From Mobula birostris (lineage: Eukaryota): DNA of 64,000 nucleotides. Shown here in pieces: positions 13,251 to 24,562 of this stretch; the stretch's first letter is position 1; each line of letters starts with the position of its first letter. The DNA lies in NCBI RefSeq assembly GCF_030028105.1, contig NC_092397.1, positions 24,934,630 through 24,998,629 of the forward strand, read 5' to 3'. The notes beneath the pieces were generated by a model that was not told where the DNA came from, did no database searches, and saw only the letters and a program-made list of their open reading frames with translations. The translations under genes were made by a program, and so were the position numbers.

Positions 13251-13385
13251 AATTAAATAGGCAGCGCCCAGAGGTGTATGCTAATGAGGGATGGGATGCC
13301 TAGGTTTCTCAATGGCTATTTGAAGTAACGTTCATGCAGTAGGATAATTTGATTGGATAGCTAAAGGAATTCGTTCAACCAATCA
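13251..13385 (-). promoter_or_regulatory. H2B promoter: TATA-like box, variant H2B octamer box, CCAAT boxes
   Basis: Minus strand CTATTTAA, CTCATTAGCATAC (canonical CTCATTTGCATAC), ATTGG at about 13352 and CCAAT at about 13379. Confidence 0.8.
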
Positions 13386-13765
13386 GAACTCGTTCTGCAC
13401 TACCCAGTGTTCGTTTTGGGTAACACCGTGGACAGGGACCTGTCACCGATCTGGTGAGTTGCCGCTGCCGGTTAATTCCGCAGGAAGGAAATCTAAAATA
13501 CAAAATGGACCAACTACAGCGACAGTATTCGGTCATTCGGCCCGTCGTATCTGCTAGAAAAGCAGATGGAATGAGGAAAACACACAGTTGATAATATGAA
13601 ACGTTTATGTAATGAAACAGGACAGCAGGAGACCGAAGGTCAAATGGACCAGGTGAAAGATAAATTTACTGCAGCAGCATCATAAACACATAGTATCCAC
13701 GATACAGTGCTCACAAGAACTAAACTGCTGTACAGAATTGTAAAAAGAGAAGAGAATTAGCAGTT

Positions 13766-13866
13766 AGTCCTGACGAAGGGTCTCGGCCCAAAATGTCGAC
13801 TGTACCTCTTTCCCAGAGATGCTGCCTGGCCTGCTGCGTTCATCAGCAACTTTGATGTGTGTTGCA
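13766..13866 (+). mobile_element. Short Penelope terminal-repeat copy beginning with a hammerhead-like motif
   Basis: AGTC CTGACGA A GGG TCTCGG CCC AAAA T GTC GACT, followed by GATGCTGCCTGGCCTGCTG...GATGTGTGTTGC. Confidence 0.8.
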
Positions 13867-13991
13867 GAGAATTTGAACGAGTCTCAAGACAGTCCATTGC
13901 AGTGTAAATTGATCAAAGTGGTGCTGTCTTGAGGTGGGGAGGAGCGTTGTTGGGTTTTGTTAAAGTACGTAATGTCTGTACATTACGTACA

Positions 13992-14171
13992 GGGTTCATT
14001 CTGTACCCGTCAGCCTCTGGTACAGTGTGAGAGTGTGGAGTTCATTCTGTACCTGTCAGTCTCTGGTACAGTGTGAGAGTGTGGGGTTCATTCTGTACCC
14101 GTCAGTCTCTGGTACAGTGTGAGAGTGTGAGGTTCATTCTGTACCTGTCAGTCTCTGGTACAGCGTGGGAG
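13992..14171. repeat. 46-bp minisatellite, about 4 copies
   Basis: GTTCATTCTGTACC starts at 13994, 14040, 14086 and 14132. Confidence 0.95.
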
Positions 14172-14303
14172 TTGGTACTTGGCACTGTGTCTCCCAGTCT
14201 CTCATGCAGTGTAAATGTAGAAACTTCTTTCAGATTCATCCTCACAATTGAATTATTTTTAGCTTTTTAAACAATATCACACAATGCGATGTGGCCACAC
14301 ATT

Positions 14304-14720
14304 TGTTGGAGGAACAACACCTTATGGGTGGCTTCCAACCTGACGGCATGAACATCGAACTCTCGCATTTCTGGTAATGCCTCCCACACCCCCCCCTTCA
14401 CCATTTCCCATCATCTTGCCCACCCACCATCTCCCTCTGGTGCTCCTCTCCCCTTTTCTTTCTTCCATGGCCTCCTGTCTCTTTCACTAATCAACTTCCC
14501 AGCCCCCTACAGGTTTCACACTCACCTTATTTTCTCTCTCCCCTTCCCCAGCTTTTAAATCTACTCCTCAGATTTTCTCCTAAGTCCTGCCGAAGGGTTT
14601 TGTCCCAAAACAGTGGCTGTGTTTTTTTTCTATAGATGCTGCCTGACCCGCTGAGTTTGTTCAGCATTTGTGTGTGTGGCTTGGATTTCCAGCAACTGTA
14701 GATTTTCTCCTGTTTGTGAC
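14304..14720 (+). mobile_element. Penelope-like element 3' end (GIY-YIG C-terminal remnant, pyrimidine-rich UTR, degenerate hammerhead)
   Basis: LEEQHL..QPDGMNIELSHFW* remnant, then AGTCCTGCCGAAGGG..CCCAAAAC at 14583-14611 and the shared terminal repeat. Confidence 0.75.
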
Positions 14721-16000
14721 ACAATGCTGCACATCAGTGTCTCAGTGATGATGTATCTGGTTACGTTGTACTAATCTGAATGGACTTTGGAGCAGAGCAT
14801 CCAGAGTAACAAGCCCAGACCATTCAACCCAACTCTGGTCTTGTGATAAATGTGTAACTTTCCTCGAGTCTCGGTGTGGGAGGGTTTGAATGGTGTGTAT
14901 CGTGTAGCAACATTTGAACTGATAGAATTGAGAATGATTTTGACTGTAGATATGTAACCAGTGTGTCCACAGTGATCAGTGATGGGACCTTTGTTTGATC
15001 AGATTAAAACATACGTGGGCGGATCAGATCGCTGATGACATTAATATTGGTATAGTTGTGGGTGGCGAGGAAGGTTGTCAAATGGACAGAAGTGGATATA
15101 GATCAATTGGAATCATGGATGGAGAAATGGGGGAAATGGATTTTAATCTGGACAAGTGTGAGGAGTTTTACAGGTAAAATGTCAGAAGAAACTCCACAGT
15201 AAATGGCAGCACCCTTAGGAGCACTAATACACGAGAGAACTTGATGTGTTCCTCTGTATTATCTTGCAAGTGTCACTAAAAGGAAGTAAACTGCTCTAAA
15301 GATCACAGAGCGGGAGCAGTAAGAGGATTCAGTGGGGGGTGGGGTCGCTGTAGGGTAATGTCATGGCTGGAAATGTGCGTAATTAATGACCACTGACATT
15401 CTGTTGTGTTTCTCTTTTAGAAGCTGGACTGCTGTTATGATGTAAGTATGTGAAGTTTTTTTTTAAACTGTGCTTTATGTTTCTGTATTTGGAGGACAAT
15501 AAATGAGTTATGGTTTTCCTGAAATAGAAAATGCCTCATGCCATTTTATTTGTAAAAGTCTTCACACTGCAAGAATACCGCAGTATCAATCTGCACCAAG
15601 AAAACCTGATCACATTCTCTTGAGGTTCAATGGCATCGCTGACTCTGAGTTTACTACCGTCGAATGCCAGCAGGGTCACAATCAGCAGAAACTCTCACAA
15701 AGCAGCTCTGTTTGTATTGTGTGCTTAGTAGGTCTGTGGGAGATACCCAGAATGTGAAGCTATAGTAATGGAGAGAGACACACTGAGCCAAGTCACAGCT
15801 TGATGGGCAGAGAGGAAAACAGAGAATTTGATGTTGTGTCCTTATGCCTGTACTATGCCCAGTTAGAAGTGTTGTTCCTCCGCACAGTGTTCAGCCTCAC
15901 TGTAACAGTGTGACATCAGACATCAACATGAAAACCAAAATAATCTCAGCTGAGATGTATTCTCTTTCACCTGTTGATCATCTTTGCAAACATTTTACAG

Positions 16001-16770
16001 GCAGAAAAGGCAAAGAATTTCTGTCTGAGAATCTCAAATGCAACAGCGTGTCACTTCTGCTGTGTCTGTCAGTTCCCCAGCATTTGAATGCTACCAATCA
16101 CTGAATATGAAGGGGGAGATGGTTGAGAAGACAGCACACCAGAGTCCCAATACGTGGACTTGTCCATGGACTGACCTGATAAATGGCCATAGAGTTGATA
16201 ACAGTGAGTTGGCGTTCACCGCCTCTCATTTTGGAAGGGATTCACCAGGCCACTGCACCTGCAGATACACCAGCAAGTTCACACGGGGAGAGGCCATTCA
16301 CCTGCTCCATGGCGGACGGGATTCATTCAGTCACAAGCTATTACAACACCAGCCAGTTCACACCGGTGAGCAGCTAGACTTGGCTCTGTTGTCTCTGTCT
16401 CTCAGTACAGCTTCACACCTGTTCCAAGTGTGGGAGGAGATTCATTCAGTTCACCCACCGTGTGAGGCTCCAGTGAGTTTACAATTCATAGAGGACACAC
16501 TTCTGTCCTAAGTCAGCAAAGAAATTTACTCAAGTCATCCCACCTGCTGAAACACCAGCAACTTCACATCAGGGAGGAAGTTATAAGAAGCTGTATATGG
16601 GACTGTTAATGTCAGATTCCACAGATATTGTGGCTGCTCATCAGACCCAGGACTGAACCCTGGTTACTGAGCATTGAGGGGGTTCATCCCACCATCTTAA
16701 AATACACTGATGTTTAATATTGTGGATCTGTCATAGACAAATAGATCAATTCCATTTCAAATCCTGTGTC
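16001..16770 (+). pseudogene. Decayed C2H2 zinc-finger gene, terminal exon
   Basis: Acceptor CATTTTACAG at 15991-16000. Frameshifted fingers: (G)RGF-like..HLQIHQQVHTG/ERPFTCS at 16233-16308, QHQPVHTGE, TCSKCGRRFIQ, and SHLLKHQQLH. Confidence 0.8.
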
Positions 16771-17366
16771 TCAGGTGCTTCCTCCCTGTCACACTGATAA
16801 TGAACAGTCGAGAGGCCACTCAGTCCAGCTGATACCTGCTTGTGTTCCTATTGCACACCAGAGCTTTCAACCCCATCCCTGCCGTTCACCACTAACTCAC
16901 CCTATAATGTTCAGGATGTAACTGGTCACCGGTCTGGCGATGAAGAGGTTTACCTTGAATTCACTCCACGACTTTCTGTAAACTGCAGAGGATTAATTTA
17001 CTGTGGTTTTCTCCGAAATATTCCTCATCCCTCACAGCTCTGGACCAAGGCTGAAGTCTTGTGTTGTTAAAATCTTCCTGTCCCACTCTGTTCATTGTTT
17101 TGTGTCATTTTCACTGATTTCGAAGGGCTGTGCCTCACCCTGCCGGGCTGTTGCAATACAACACTCTCCTCTAAAGTACGACAGCAGAATGGTGGAGCAG
17201 AAACAAGACGGGTCAGCACAAATGAGGGCTTTGGAGCTCCAGATGTGATGGAGGCTTGAGTTTATGTAGAGTAGAAGGAGGGAATCAGACCAGGAGGATG
17301 AGGCTGCAAATGAAAGTTCAGCAACATTTGGAAACTGATTGACTGAAAAAAGAGGTTTATGTTTGC

Positions 17367-17820
17367 AAAATACTGGAGGGACTCAGTGCCCCCCAGCAGC
17401 ATCTGTGCAGACAAATAAATAGTTGATATTATGGGCCAAGACACTTCATCCTATCTAGACTGTTTATTCCTCTGTTTAGCTGCTGCCTGACCTGCTGAGT
17501 TCCCGCAGTACTTTGTGTGTGTCACTTTACAGTTTATTCCCAGCATCTGCTGAACCTCGAGTTTCATATCTGCATTTCTAAATGAGTGGAACTGTGACAG
17601 TTGTTATACAAAATGCTTGTTGACATTGAGTAATAAACAGGAGAAAATCTGCAGATGCTGGAAATCCAAGGAACACACACAAAATGCTGGAGAAACTCTG
17701 CAGGCCAGGCAGCATCTGTGGATAAAAGTACAGCTGACGTTTTGGGCCGAGATTCTTCAGCAGGACTGGAGAAAAAACAATGAGGAGTAAATTTTAAAAG
17801 GTGGGGGAGGGGAGAGAGAA
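17367..17820. mobile_element. Two Penelope terminal-repeat copies: a degenerate fold-back (17367-17550) and a minus-strand copy (17635-17820)
   Basis: Shared GCTGGAG..CAGGCCAGGCAGCATCT motif. Minus strand 17768-17731 reads CAGTC CTGCTGA A GAA TCTCGG CCC AAAA C GTC AGCTG. Confidence 0.7.
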
Positions 17821-19224
17821 TTCTTAAATTCACACAAAGAAACTCTACATCACTAATACTATCATTGCTACAGCTGGTTTCCAACACATTAAGATATTCT
17901 TGTAAAACCTTATTGCTACATTGTTTAGTCTCTCCACCTATTTTGATTATGAATTGCAGCAAATGACCGAGCCAGGACTCAACCGTCTCTCCTTCAGGAA
18001 CAATTGTATTACCTTCTTTAATCAATATTCGGAACCCTATGAATCCCACACCCCCATTTTCTTAGTCATTCCCCAAACATCTTCAAGTTTAATAGTCCTT
18101 CCAATACTTTCACAATATGACCTCCAGTAAATCTTTTTCACAAGCTTCATTACTTTCCTCACCACGGCCTGTGACCTGTTACACTTAATATGATTACACG
18201 GAGAGTGATACTTCCTAACTTTCCGAAATGCCACGTTTCTCTCAGTAACTGCCTCTGCACACTCCTCCGTCCACCACGGTACAGCTTTTCTCCCACTACT
18301 GCACTTTTTAAATTGAATCTCTGCCACCACTATTTGATGAATAATGTCACAACGTTTCTTTGCAGAAATCCACATCATCCTCACCATTCAGCCCAGACAG
18401 ACACTCAGCACATAAAACATTCAAACTTCTCCCAATTTGCTTTACCAGAGTTCCACCTCCTAAAAGTGGCCTCATGCCCCCTATATAAATCCAAACCCAA
18501 GCTTATAAACATAGGGAAACGATCACTCCCCAATGCTTCATCTCCCATGACATCCCACTACTCACTCCAATGTTCAAAACTAAAGTTAAATTTACAGCAT
18601 TTTCAGAACTATTATGAACATTAAATCTCGTACCTCTCCCACCATAAAGACTAACAGGATATGAAATATCTGAAACTCTTCTATAAACAAAATATTACCA
18701 ATCTGAGAACAACCCCACAGTAAATTAATTATGTGTTAAAATCCCCACACCATACAACGCTTAGTGAGCTAGAGCTACGTATACTCTCCAACAAATCAAT
18801 CGGAAGCTTTCCACAATGGTTATAATAATACACAAACACGAGGAAATCTGCAGATGCTGGAATTTCAAGCAACACGCATAAAAGTTGCTGGTGAACGCAG
18901 CAGGCCAGGCAGCATCTCTAGGAAGAGGTACAGTCGACGTTATAATAATATACCACTTTATTGCCCCTACCTGTGGAATCAAATGTCTTCAAATGCCTCA
19001 TACATTTCATTTACATCCACAACTTTATGGCCTCTCCCTCTCTTTAAAAAAAACTTGCAACACCACCTCCTCTACCAACTAATCTATCACGCTTAATTAC
19101 AATATAACACTGGAAGGAAGAACTTAAATGCGATAACAATCAGGTTTCCTGAATACATATAACATCACATAGATTTGATAAATCAGAAATAAACGAAGTT
19201 TTGACCATTAGAAATCAGGCTTCT
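17560..19224 (-). mobile_element. I/Nimb-clade LINE ORF2, endonuclease region, degenerate
   Basis: RSLISNGQ..DVICIQET at about 19224-19145, and KAVPWWTEECAEAVTERNVAFRK..YWRSYCESIG..VWGMTKKM (ORF 18037..18387). Confidence 0.75.
18831..18938 (-). mobile_element. 108-bp Penelope terminal-repeat insertion with a 12-bp target-site duplication
   Basis: GTTATAATAATA at both 18819-18830 and 18939-18950 flanks the repeat. Confidence 0.85.
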
Positions 19225-19239
19225 GAAAATCGCCCTTCT

Positions 19240-19640
19240 GATGCAGGCGGGGCGGGAGGTGCGGAATGTAGTGGGGCGTTTATGATTGGTGAACCAGTGC
19301 CCATTCTGATTTGAAAGAGCAAATATTCCAATCACAGAGCTGCCTTATTCACCAATCAGACTGTAGAAGCGCGGAAAATACCGTCTAACCGCCGAAATAA
19401 ACTGAAATTTGCAATACACCGCCAAAAAAGCCTTTGTTGCTGAAATTAAACCACAACAGGTTTGTTTGTCGGCTCTTTACCCCCGTTACTGGAGTCCGAC
19501 ACACTTAAACAAAGTGTAGTTAATATTGCGATGGTGTCTGAGAAATTAGTTCACCGATATCTTTCAATTGATAAACGATTGGAATAAAACCGGTCCTCAG
19601 CTGCTGTTCGCGGTCGGTCATTGTGTAAACTCAAGTCAGT
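19240..19640 (-). promoter_or_regulatory. Orphan histone promoter and spacer homologous to the H2A upstream region, with no coding sequence
   Basis: Colinear with 12075-12450 (CTGCCTTA.TCACCAATCA, AGAAGCGCGGA, CCGCCAAAAAA, AAGTGTAGTT, GGTCATTGTGTAAAC). Abuts a LINE at about 19224. Confidence 0.75.
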
Positions 19641-20033
19641 TTAGCAAGGGGTCACCCGTCAGAAAGTGGAGCTTTAACAAGTACTCTGAACGACCCGTGA
19701 CAGTGTTCAGCTCTTGCGTCGGAATGGGGTTAAGAGAAGTATCGAAAATGGGACAAAGCTTAATGAACCCACGGTATTTAAACCAGAAACATTAGCGTCC
19801 ATGTCAGAGAAATCTGATGACCGAGAGGAAGCGACGGGGAAACGGGTGTGTAACGATTCCGTGTCTGGGCAGTTGGCAGGAATTAACAGAGAAATTGGGA
19901 TTATACTGAGCAGCGGACAGCAAGTTCTGATTAACGGGGATAAGATTCTGAATGAGCATTTCAACAAAAAATTCCAAATTTACCTCAATTCCATGTCTCA
20001 ATATCGTGTAACTCTTTTAATGAAACCGTGAGT

Positions 20034-20049
20034 GGCTCTTAAAAGAGCC
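20034..20049 (-). terminator. Histone 3' stem-loop (H2B copy 2)
   Basis: Minus strand GGCTCTTTTAAGAGCC followed by ACTCA and a downstream AAAAGAGTT. Confidence 0.95.
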
Positions 20050-20086
20050 TTTGATTTTCCGGTTTGTTTTGTCAGTGAACTTGTCT

Positions 20087-20461
20087 TCACTTGGAGCTGG
20101 TGTACTTGGTCACCGCCTTTGTCCCTTCGGACACGGCGTGCTTGGCCAGCTCCCCGGGCAGCAGCAGCCGCACGGCGGTCTGGATCTCCCGGGAGCTGAT
20201 GGTGGACCGCTTGTTGTAATGGGCCAGGCGGGAAGCCTCGCCCGCGATGCGCTCGAAAATATCGTTGACGAATGAATTCATGATGCTCATGGCCTTGGAG
20301 GAGATGCCGGTGTCGGGGTGAACCTGCTTCATCACTTTGTAGATGTAGATGGCGTAAGTCTCCTTCCTCGACCTCTTGCGCTTCTTGCCAGTCTTGCTCG
20401 CTGGTTTGGACAAAGCTTTCTTGGCGCCCTTCTTGGGAGCGGGTTTCGCTGGATCAGGCAT
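20087..20461 (-). CDS. H2B: Histone H2B copy 2, 124 aa
   Basis: [49 protein letters not shown]; ATG at 20461-20459. Confidence 0.98.
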   Translation of the reverse strand: MPDPAKPAPKKGAKKALSKPASKTGKKRKRSRKETYAIYIYKVMKQVHPDTGISSKAMSIMNSFVNDIFERIAGEASRLAHYNKRSTISSREIQTAVRLLLPGELAKHAVSEGTKAVTKYTSSK

Positions 20462-20512
20462 TTCCTCGTCGGTTTCAAACACAATAATAAGCAGAAGCTG
20501 TCCGGAGCGCGG

Positions 20513-20645
20513 ATTAAATAGGCAGCGCCCAAAGCGGTATGTTAATGAGGATGGGAATGCTGAGCATTTCCATTGGCTGTTTGGAGAAATGAATCACCAA
20601 TCGGAACGCTGGGGGATGGGAAGCGGCGCCAATGGGCGGGGTTTA
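20513..20645 (-). promoter_or_regulatory. H2B copy 2 promoter
   Basis: CTATTTAA, a degenerate octamer box CTCATTAACATAC, ATTGG at about 20572, CCAAT at about 20597 and 20629, and a GC box at about 20635. Confidence 0.75.
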
Positions 20646-21884
20646 CCGCTGTCGTTTGATGCGGGAGGAAGTACTGAAGGGCAGAGACAGGCCGGGGTGC
20701 GGGCTGAAATTGAAAAGGGAAACGCAAATTTCAAAAGCCGAATGAAAATAAAATCAGATGAAATATTGTAAAATTAAACACTAGGACATTTAGTTCATGA
20801 CATAGGGCTGCAGGAGAGTGAAGGAGAGATTTGGACATTTCAGTGTAAAGTTTAAATCGAGTTTATTTATGCACAGGTGAAAGGAACAAAGTATTTGTAG
20901 CAGCATCACAGACATTGCATCAGAGACACAACACTGACAAGAAACACTGAAATTAAATATGAATTATACCAAAATATTCAAACAGACAGAAGACTATCAG
21001 AACAAAATCAAAATAACAAACAGATTATGCCGGCAGTGGGAGAATCATCCCTCTTGTGCTTCTTCATCTCGTCACTCTAGATTCAGTGTCACACAACGCT
21101 GCCACTTTGATCTGGCCCATGCCTTCATCAACCAAGTCCAACACTTGCCTTTAGTGCATCTTCTTCCCCCTTACACTGGTTATCGGGTTTTTGGGTGTGT
21201 GCCCAGGGTTAGTGGGGGTGTGTGCCCCCTTGGACCTCAGGATTAGGTTTGAGGGTAGGGCTGGTGGATGTATATGCGGGGCTGGGAGAGATAATGCTGT
21301 GGAGTTTAGTATGGTGAGATAGGTGGGGCTATGGTGGATAGGGTAGTGTAGTGTAGCCACTTCAATCTGGCCCATGCCCTTCATTAACGTGGCCTGACAC
21401 CACTTGGCTTAATGAACCGGTGTTGCAAAGGGACACATCGTCAGTAATGCAACCTGGGGTCATTGGGTGTTTTGGGTCTTTAATCATGAGACATCCTCGC
21501 CCAGACAACCCAGCCAGGGTTAATCAGGCCCGCTTGTGTTTATCCCATGGATCAAGGTAATGAGAGGCATGTAACTCTGCATGTTGTGGGTATTTTAGAC
21601 CTTGTTACTTGGCTTTATTTTGACCATTTGGGGAGTAGAATGTTCTGAGGCCTAGTAATCAGGCTTTACCTCCAAGTAAGGTTCAACTTTCCTACTTTCA
21701 GTTTAGAATTGTCTTTATTTTGCATCTGTATGCCTGGGATTGCATGGGTTAAATTAACAGTGTTCACTGCAGTACAAATTAGTGATTAGGGCTGTGCAGA
21801 TTGGTCCATAATTCCAAAATGCAAACATCTCTGAAATCCAGATTTTTTTGTGCTGACATGACATCACAAATGGAGAATTTTACT

Positions 21885-22345
21885 CAGGATTAAATGGCTT
21901 GCCTAATGAAGAGAGTTTCACGGCTCTGGGCCTCTATTCATTGGAACTTCGAAGAAAGAAGGGTTACCAAATTGAAACCTATCAAATAGTGAAAGGGCTT
22001 GATTGAGTGGATGTGGAGAGGATTTTTCCTGTGATGGGTGTGTCTAAAACTGGACCACACAGCTTCAAAATAGAGGGGCATCCTTTTAGAATGGAAATGA
22101 GGAGGAATTTCTTCAGCCAGAGAGTGGTGAATCTGTGAATTGTTTTGCTACAGGCAGCTGTGGAGGCCAAATCACTGGGTAGAGGCAGAGATTGATAGAT
22201 TCTTGATTGGTCAGGGCATGAAGGGATACAATGGAAGGCAGGAGATTGGGGCTGAGAGGAAAAATTGATCAGTGATGATGAAATGCCAGAGAAGGCTCAA
22301 CAGGCAAAATGGCCAAATTCTGCTCCTATATCTTATGGTCTTACG
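21885..22345 (+). mobile_element. CR1 3' end
   Basis: LIETYQI..RRNFFSQRVVNL remnant and the typical 3'UTR GGCCAAATTCTGCTCCTATATCTTATGGTCT. Confidence 0.8.
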
Positions 22346-22515
22346 GACTCACTTAGTGACTAAATCTCTCCCAGAAACTGTTGATCTCAGCTTTGACTCA
22401 ACCCAGCAACTGAGGCTCCACATTACTTATATAAGGAATACAGAAGTTCTTTGTTCTCTGATTAACAAAATATCTCATTTCCATCCTGAATGCTTGTCAC
22501 CTCATTCTGAGCAAC

Positions 22516-22746
22516 AGACACAAAATGCTGGAGGAAGTCAGCAGGCCAGGCAGCATCTATGGAAAAGAGTAACGAGTCGATGCTTCGGGCTGAGAATCTT
22601 CACCCTGAGATCTGATGAAGTGTCTTGGCCCGAAGTGTCGACTGTTAACTCTTTTTCATAGAGGCTGCCTGTCCTGCTGAGTTCTTCCAGCATTTTGTGT
22701 GTGTTGCGTTTGACTTCTAGCATCAGCAGATTCTCTCGTGTTTGTG
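22516..22746. mobile_element. Fold-back element made of two inverted Penelope terminal repeats, each with a degenerate hammerhead motif
   Basis: ACACAAAATGCTGGAGGAA..GGCAGCATCTATGGAAAAGAG..GTCGA pairs with TCGAC..CTCTTTTTCATAGAGGCTGCC..TTCTTCCAGCATTTTGTGT. CTGATGAAG..CCGAAG TGTC GACTG at 22612-22644. Confidence 0.8.
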
Positions 22747-22759
22747 ATTTACACCTCAT

Positions 22760-24345
22760 TCTAAGGGTATTTTCCTCAGATATGGAGTTCTCATTCAGGG
22801 GAAAGATCCTCCTTGCCTATTGCCTGTCATATCCTGAAAGAATCTAACAGATTTCCTCGTTTTCTCATAAACAGCAGGGAATACAGACCCAGCGCACTCA
22901 CTCTCCTCTCATATAACCAACCTTCCATCCACGGAACCAACCCAGTCAGTGTGGGGAACAGTCACTGCACTCCCTCTATTGCAGGGATATCCTTCCTGAG
23001 GAAGTGTGACCAAACCTGGACACGATACTCAAGGTGTGCTCTCACCAGGGCCCTATATAATCCCAGTGAGACCTCTGTACCCTCTTGTACAATCCCCATG
23101 GATCACAGGACAAAATACTGTTTGAACATAGAACATAGAATAGTACAGCACAGTACAGGCCCTTCGGCCCACAATGTTGTGCCGACCCTCAAACCCTGCC
23201 TCCCATATAAATAGAACATAGAATAGTACAGCACAGTTCAGGCACTCTCATTACTTGTTGTATCTGCATGTAAACTCAAGTGATTTGTTTGCAAGGATGC
23301 CCAGGTCCCTCTGAACATCCCTGTGTGGAAATGACTCTTACAGTTTGTTCCTGGGAATGGGTGATCACACATTTCCCCACATTCTGTTCCATCTGCCACA
23401 TCCTCAACCGTTCACTCTCCTGTCTACATCCCCCAAACCTTCTCACTACTGACCCTGTCTCTCCCACTCTGCCACAGCAGCAGACGTAGTTACTGAGTTA
23501 TGCAGCACAGAAACAGGTCCTTCAGCCCAACACATCCATGCTGACCAAGTGGCTAAACAAAATTATTGTCAGTTGCCTGCATTTGGCCCATGTCCCTGTA
23601 AAACTTCCCTCTCCACAGTCCAAGAGATATTGCAACTGTGCCCACCTACACCACCACTTGGGGTAGTTTGTTCCATGTAAACAGCACATTCTGTGTACAA
23701 AACCTGCTCCTCAGGGTCCTATTTAAATCTTTCCTCTCTCACTTTATATCTGTAATCTCTCGCTTCCAACTCCATAAACCTGGAGATAACAGATTCACTG
23801 TTGACCATATCTATGACTGCCATTATTTTATCACCTTTCTAATGTCACATACACTCTGGTGAGAAAGGTCCTGGCCTATGCAGCCTCCTGTTAAATCCCT
23901 TTTGCACCCTCTCCAGTTTAATGTCACCCTCTGATCCCAGGGCAACTATAACTGTACTCCGTGCTCCGAGAGTAGTTTCCCCGAGGCTGGTAGAGCTGTA
24001 ACGTGACGTCACAGTCCAGTGGCCGATACTCTACCCGATGAATGCGAGTGTGGCGAACAGCTTCTTCACCGTCCTGCCTACCTGTGTTTACACTCTGAAG
24101 GAATTCGATATCTACACCCCGATATCTCTGTTTTACAGCACTCCCAGGGACAGACCATTCCCCACGGCAGTTCTGCCCTGGTTCGTCAATGACAATGGAA
24201 CATCTCACATTTATCTGTCATTCCTCAAATCAGTGACCTCATTGATCACCGTCCTGTTGTAATGTTAGTTACATTGTTTCACACTCCACGATATCACCAA
24301 CTTTAGTGACATCGATAAATTTGCTGAGCCGGGCAGTGACGTTAT
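22760..24345 (-). mobile_element. Degenerate CR1 fragments and tails
   Basis: LYRALVRAHLEYRVQ-like antisense remnant near 23020-23060; GAACATAGAA tails at 23124 and 23212. Confidence 0.7.
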
Positions 24346-24384
24346 CAGCCCTGACTCAGCTCCCAGGCTTTTCCTCGCAGCGAT

Positions 24385-24480
24385 ACACGCGCAGTGCTGG
24401 AGGAACTCAGCAGGCCAGGCAGCATCTATGAGAAACTGGAAACAGCCAACGTTTCAGGCCGAGACCCTCCATCAGCATCT
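24385..24480 (-). mobile_element. Penelope terminal-repeat copy with a degenerate hammerhead
   Basis: Minus strand CTGATGG A GGG TCTCGG CCT GAAA C GTT GGCTG. Confidence 0.75.
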
Positions 24481-24562
24481 GCACAATGGTCTTGTGTTTG
24501 GTTTTCCATCGATCCTAAATTACTGGATAACATGACCCATCCTCCAATCCTCTGCCACCACT

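Noticed and set aside
13992-14171. CRISPR-like regularly spaced hairpin repeats
   Set aside because: The intervening sequences are near-identical, so there are no unique spacers. There are no cas genes and the context is vertebrate; this is a minisatellite.
16038-16511. 157-aa ORF as a functional zinc-finger protein
   Set aside because: The finger remnants are spread over different frames and no complete C2H2 finger is encoded.
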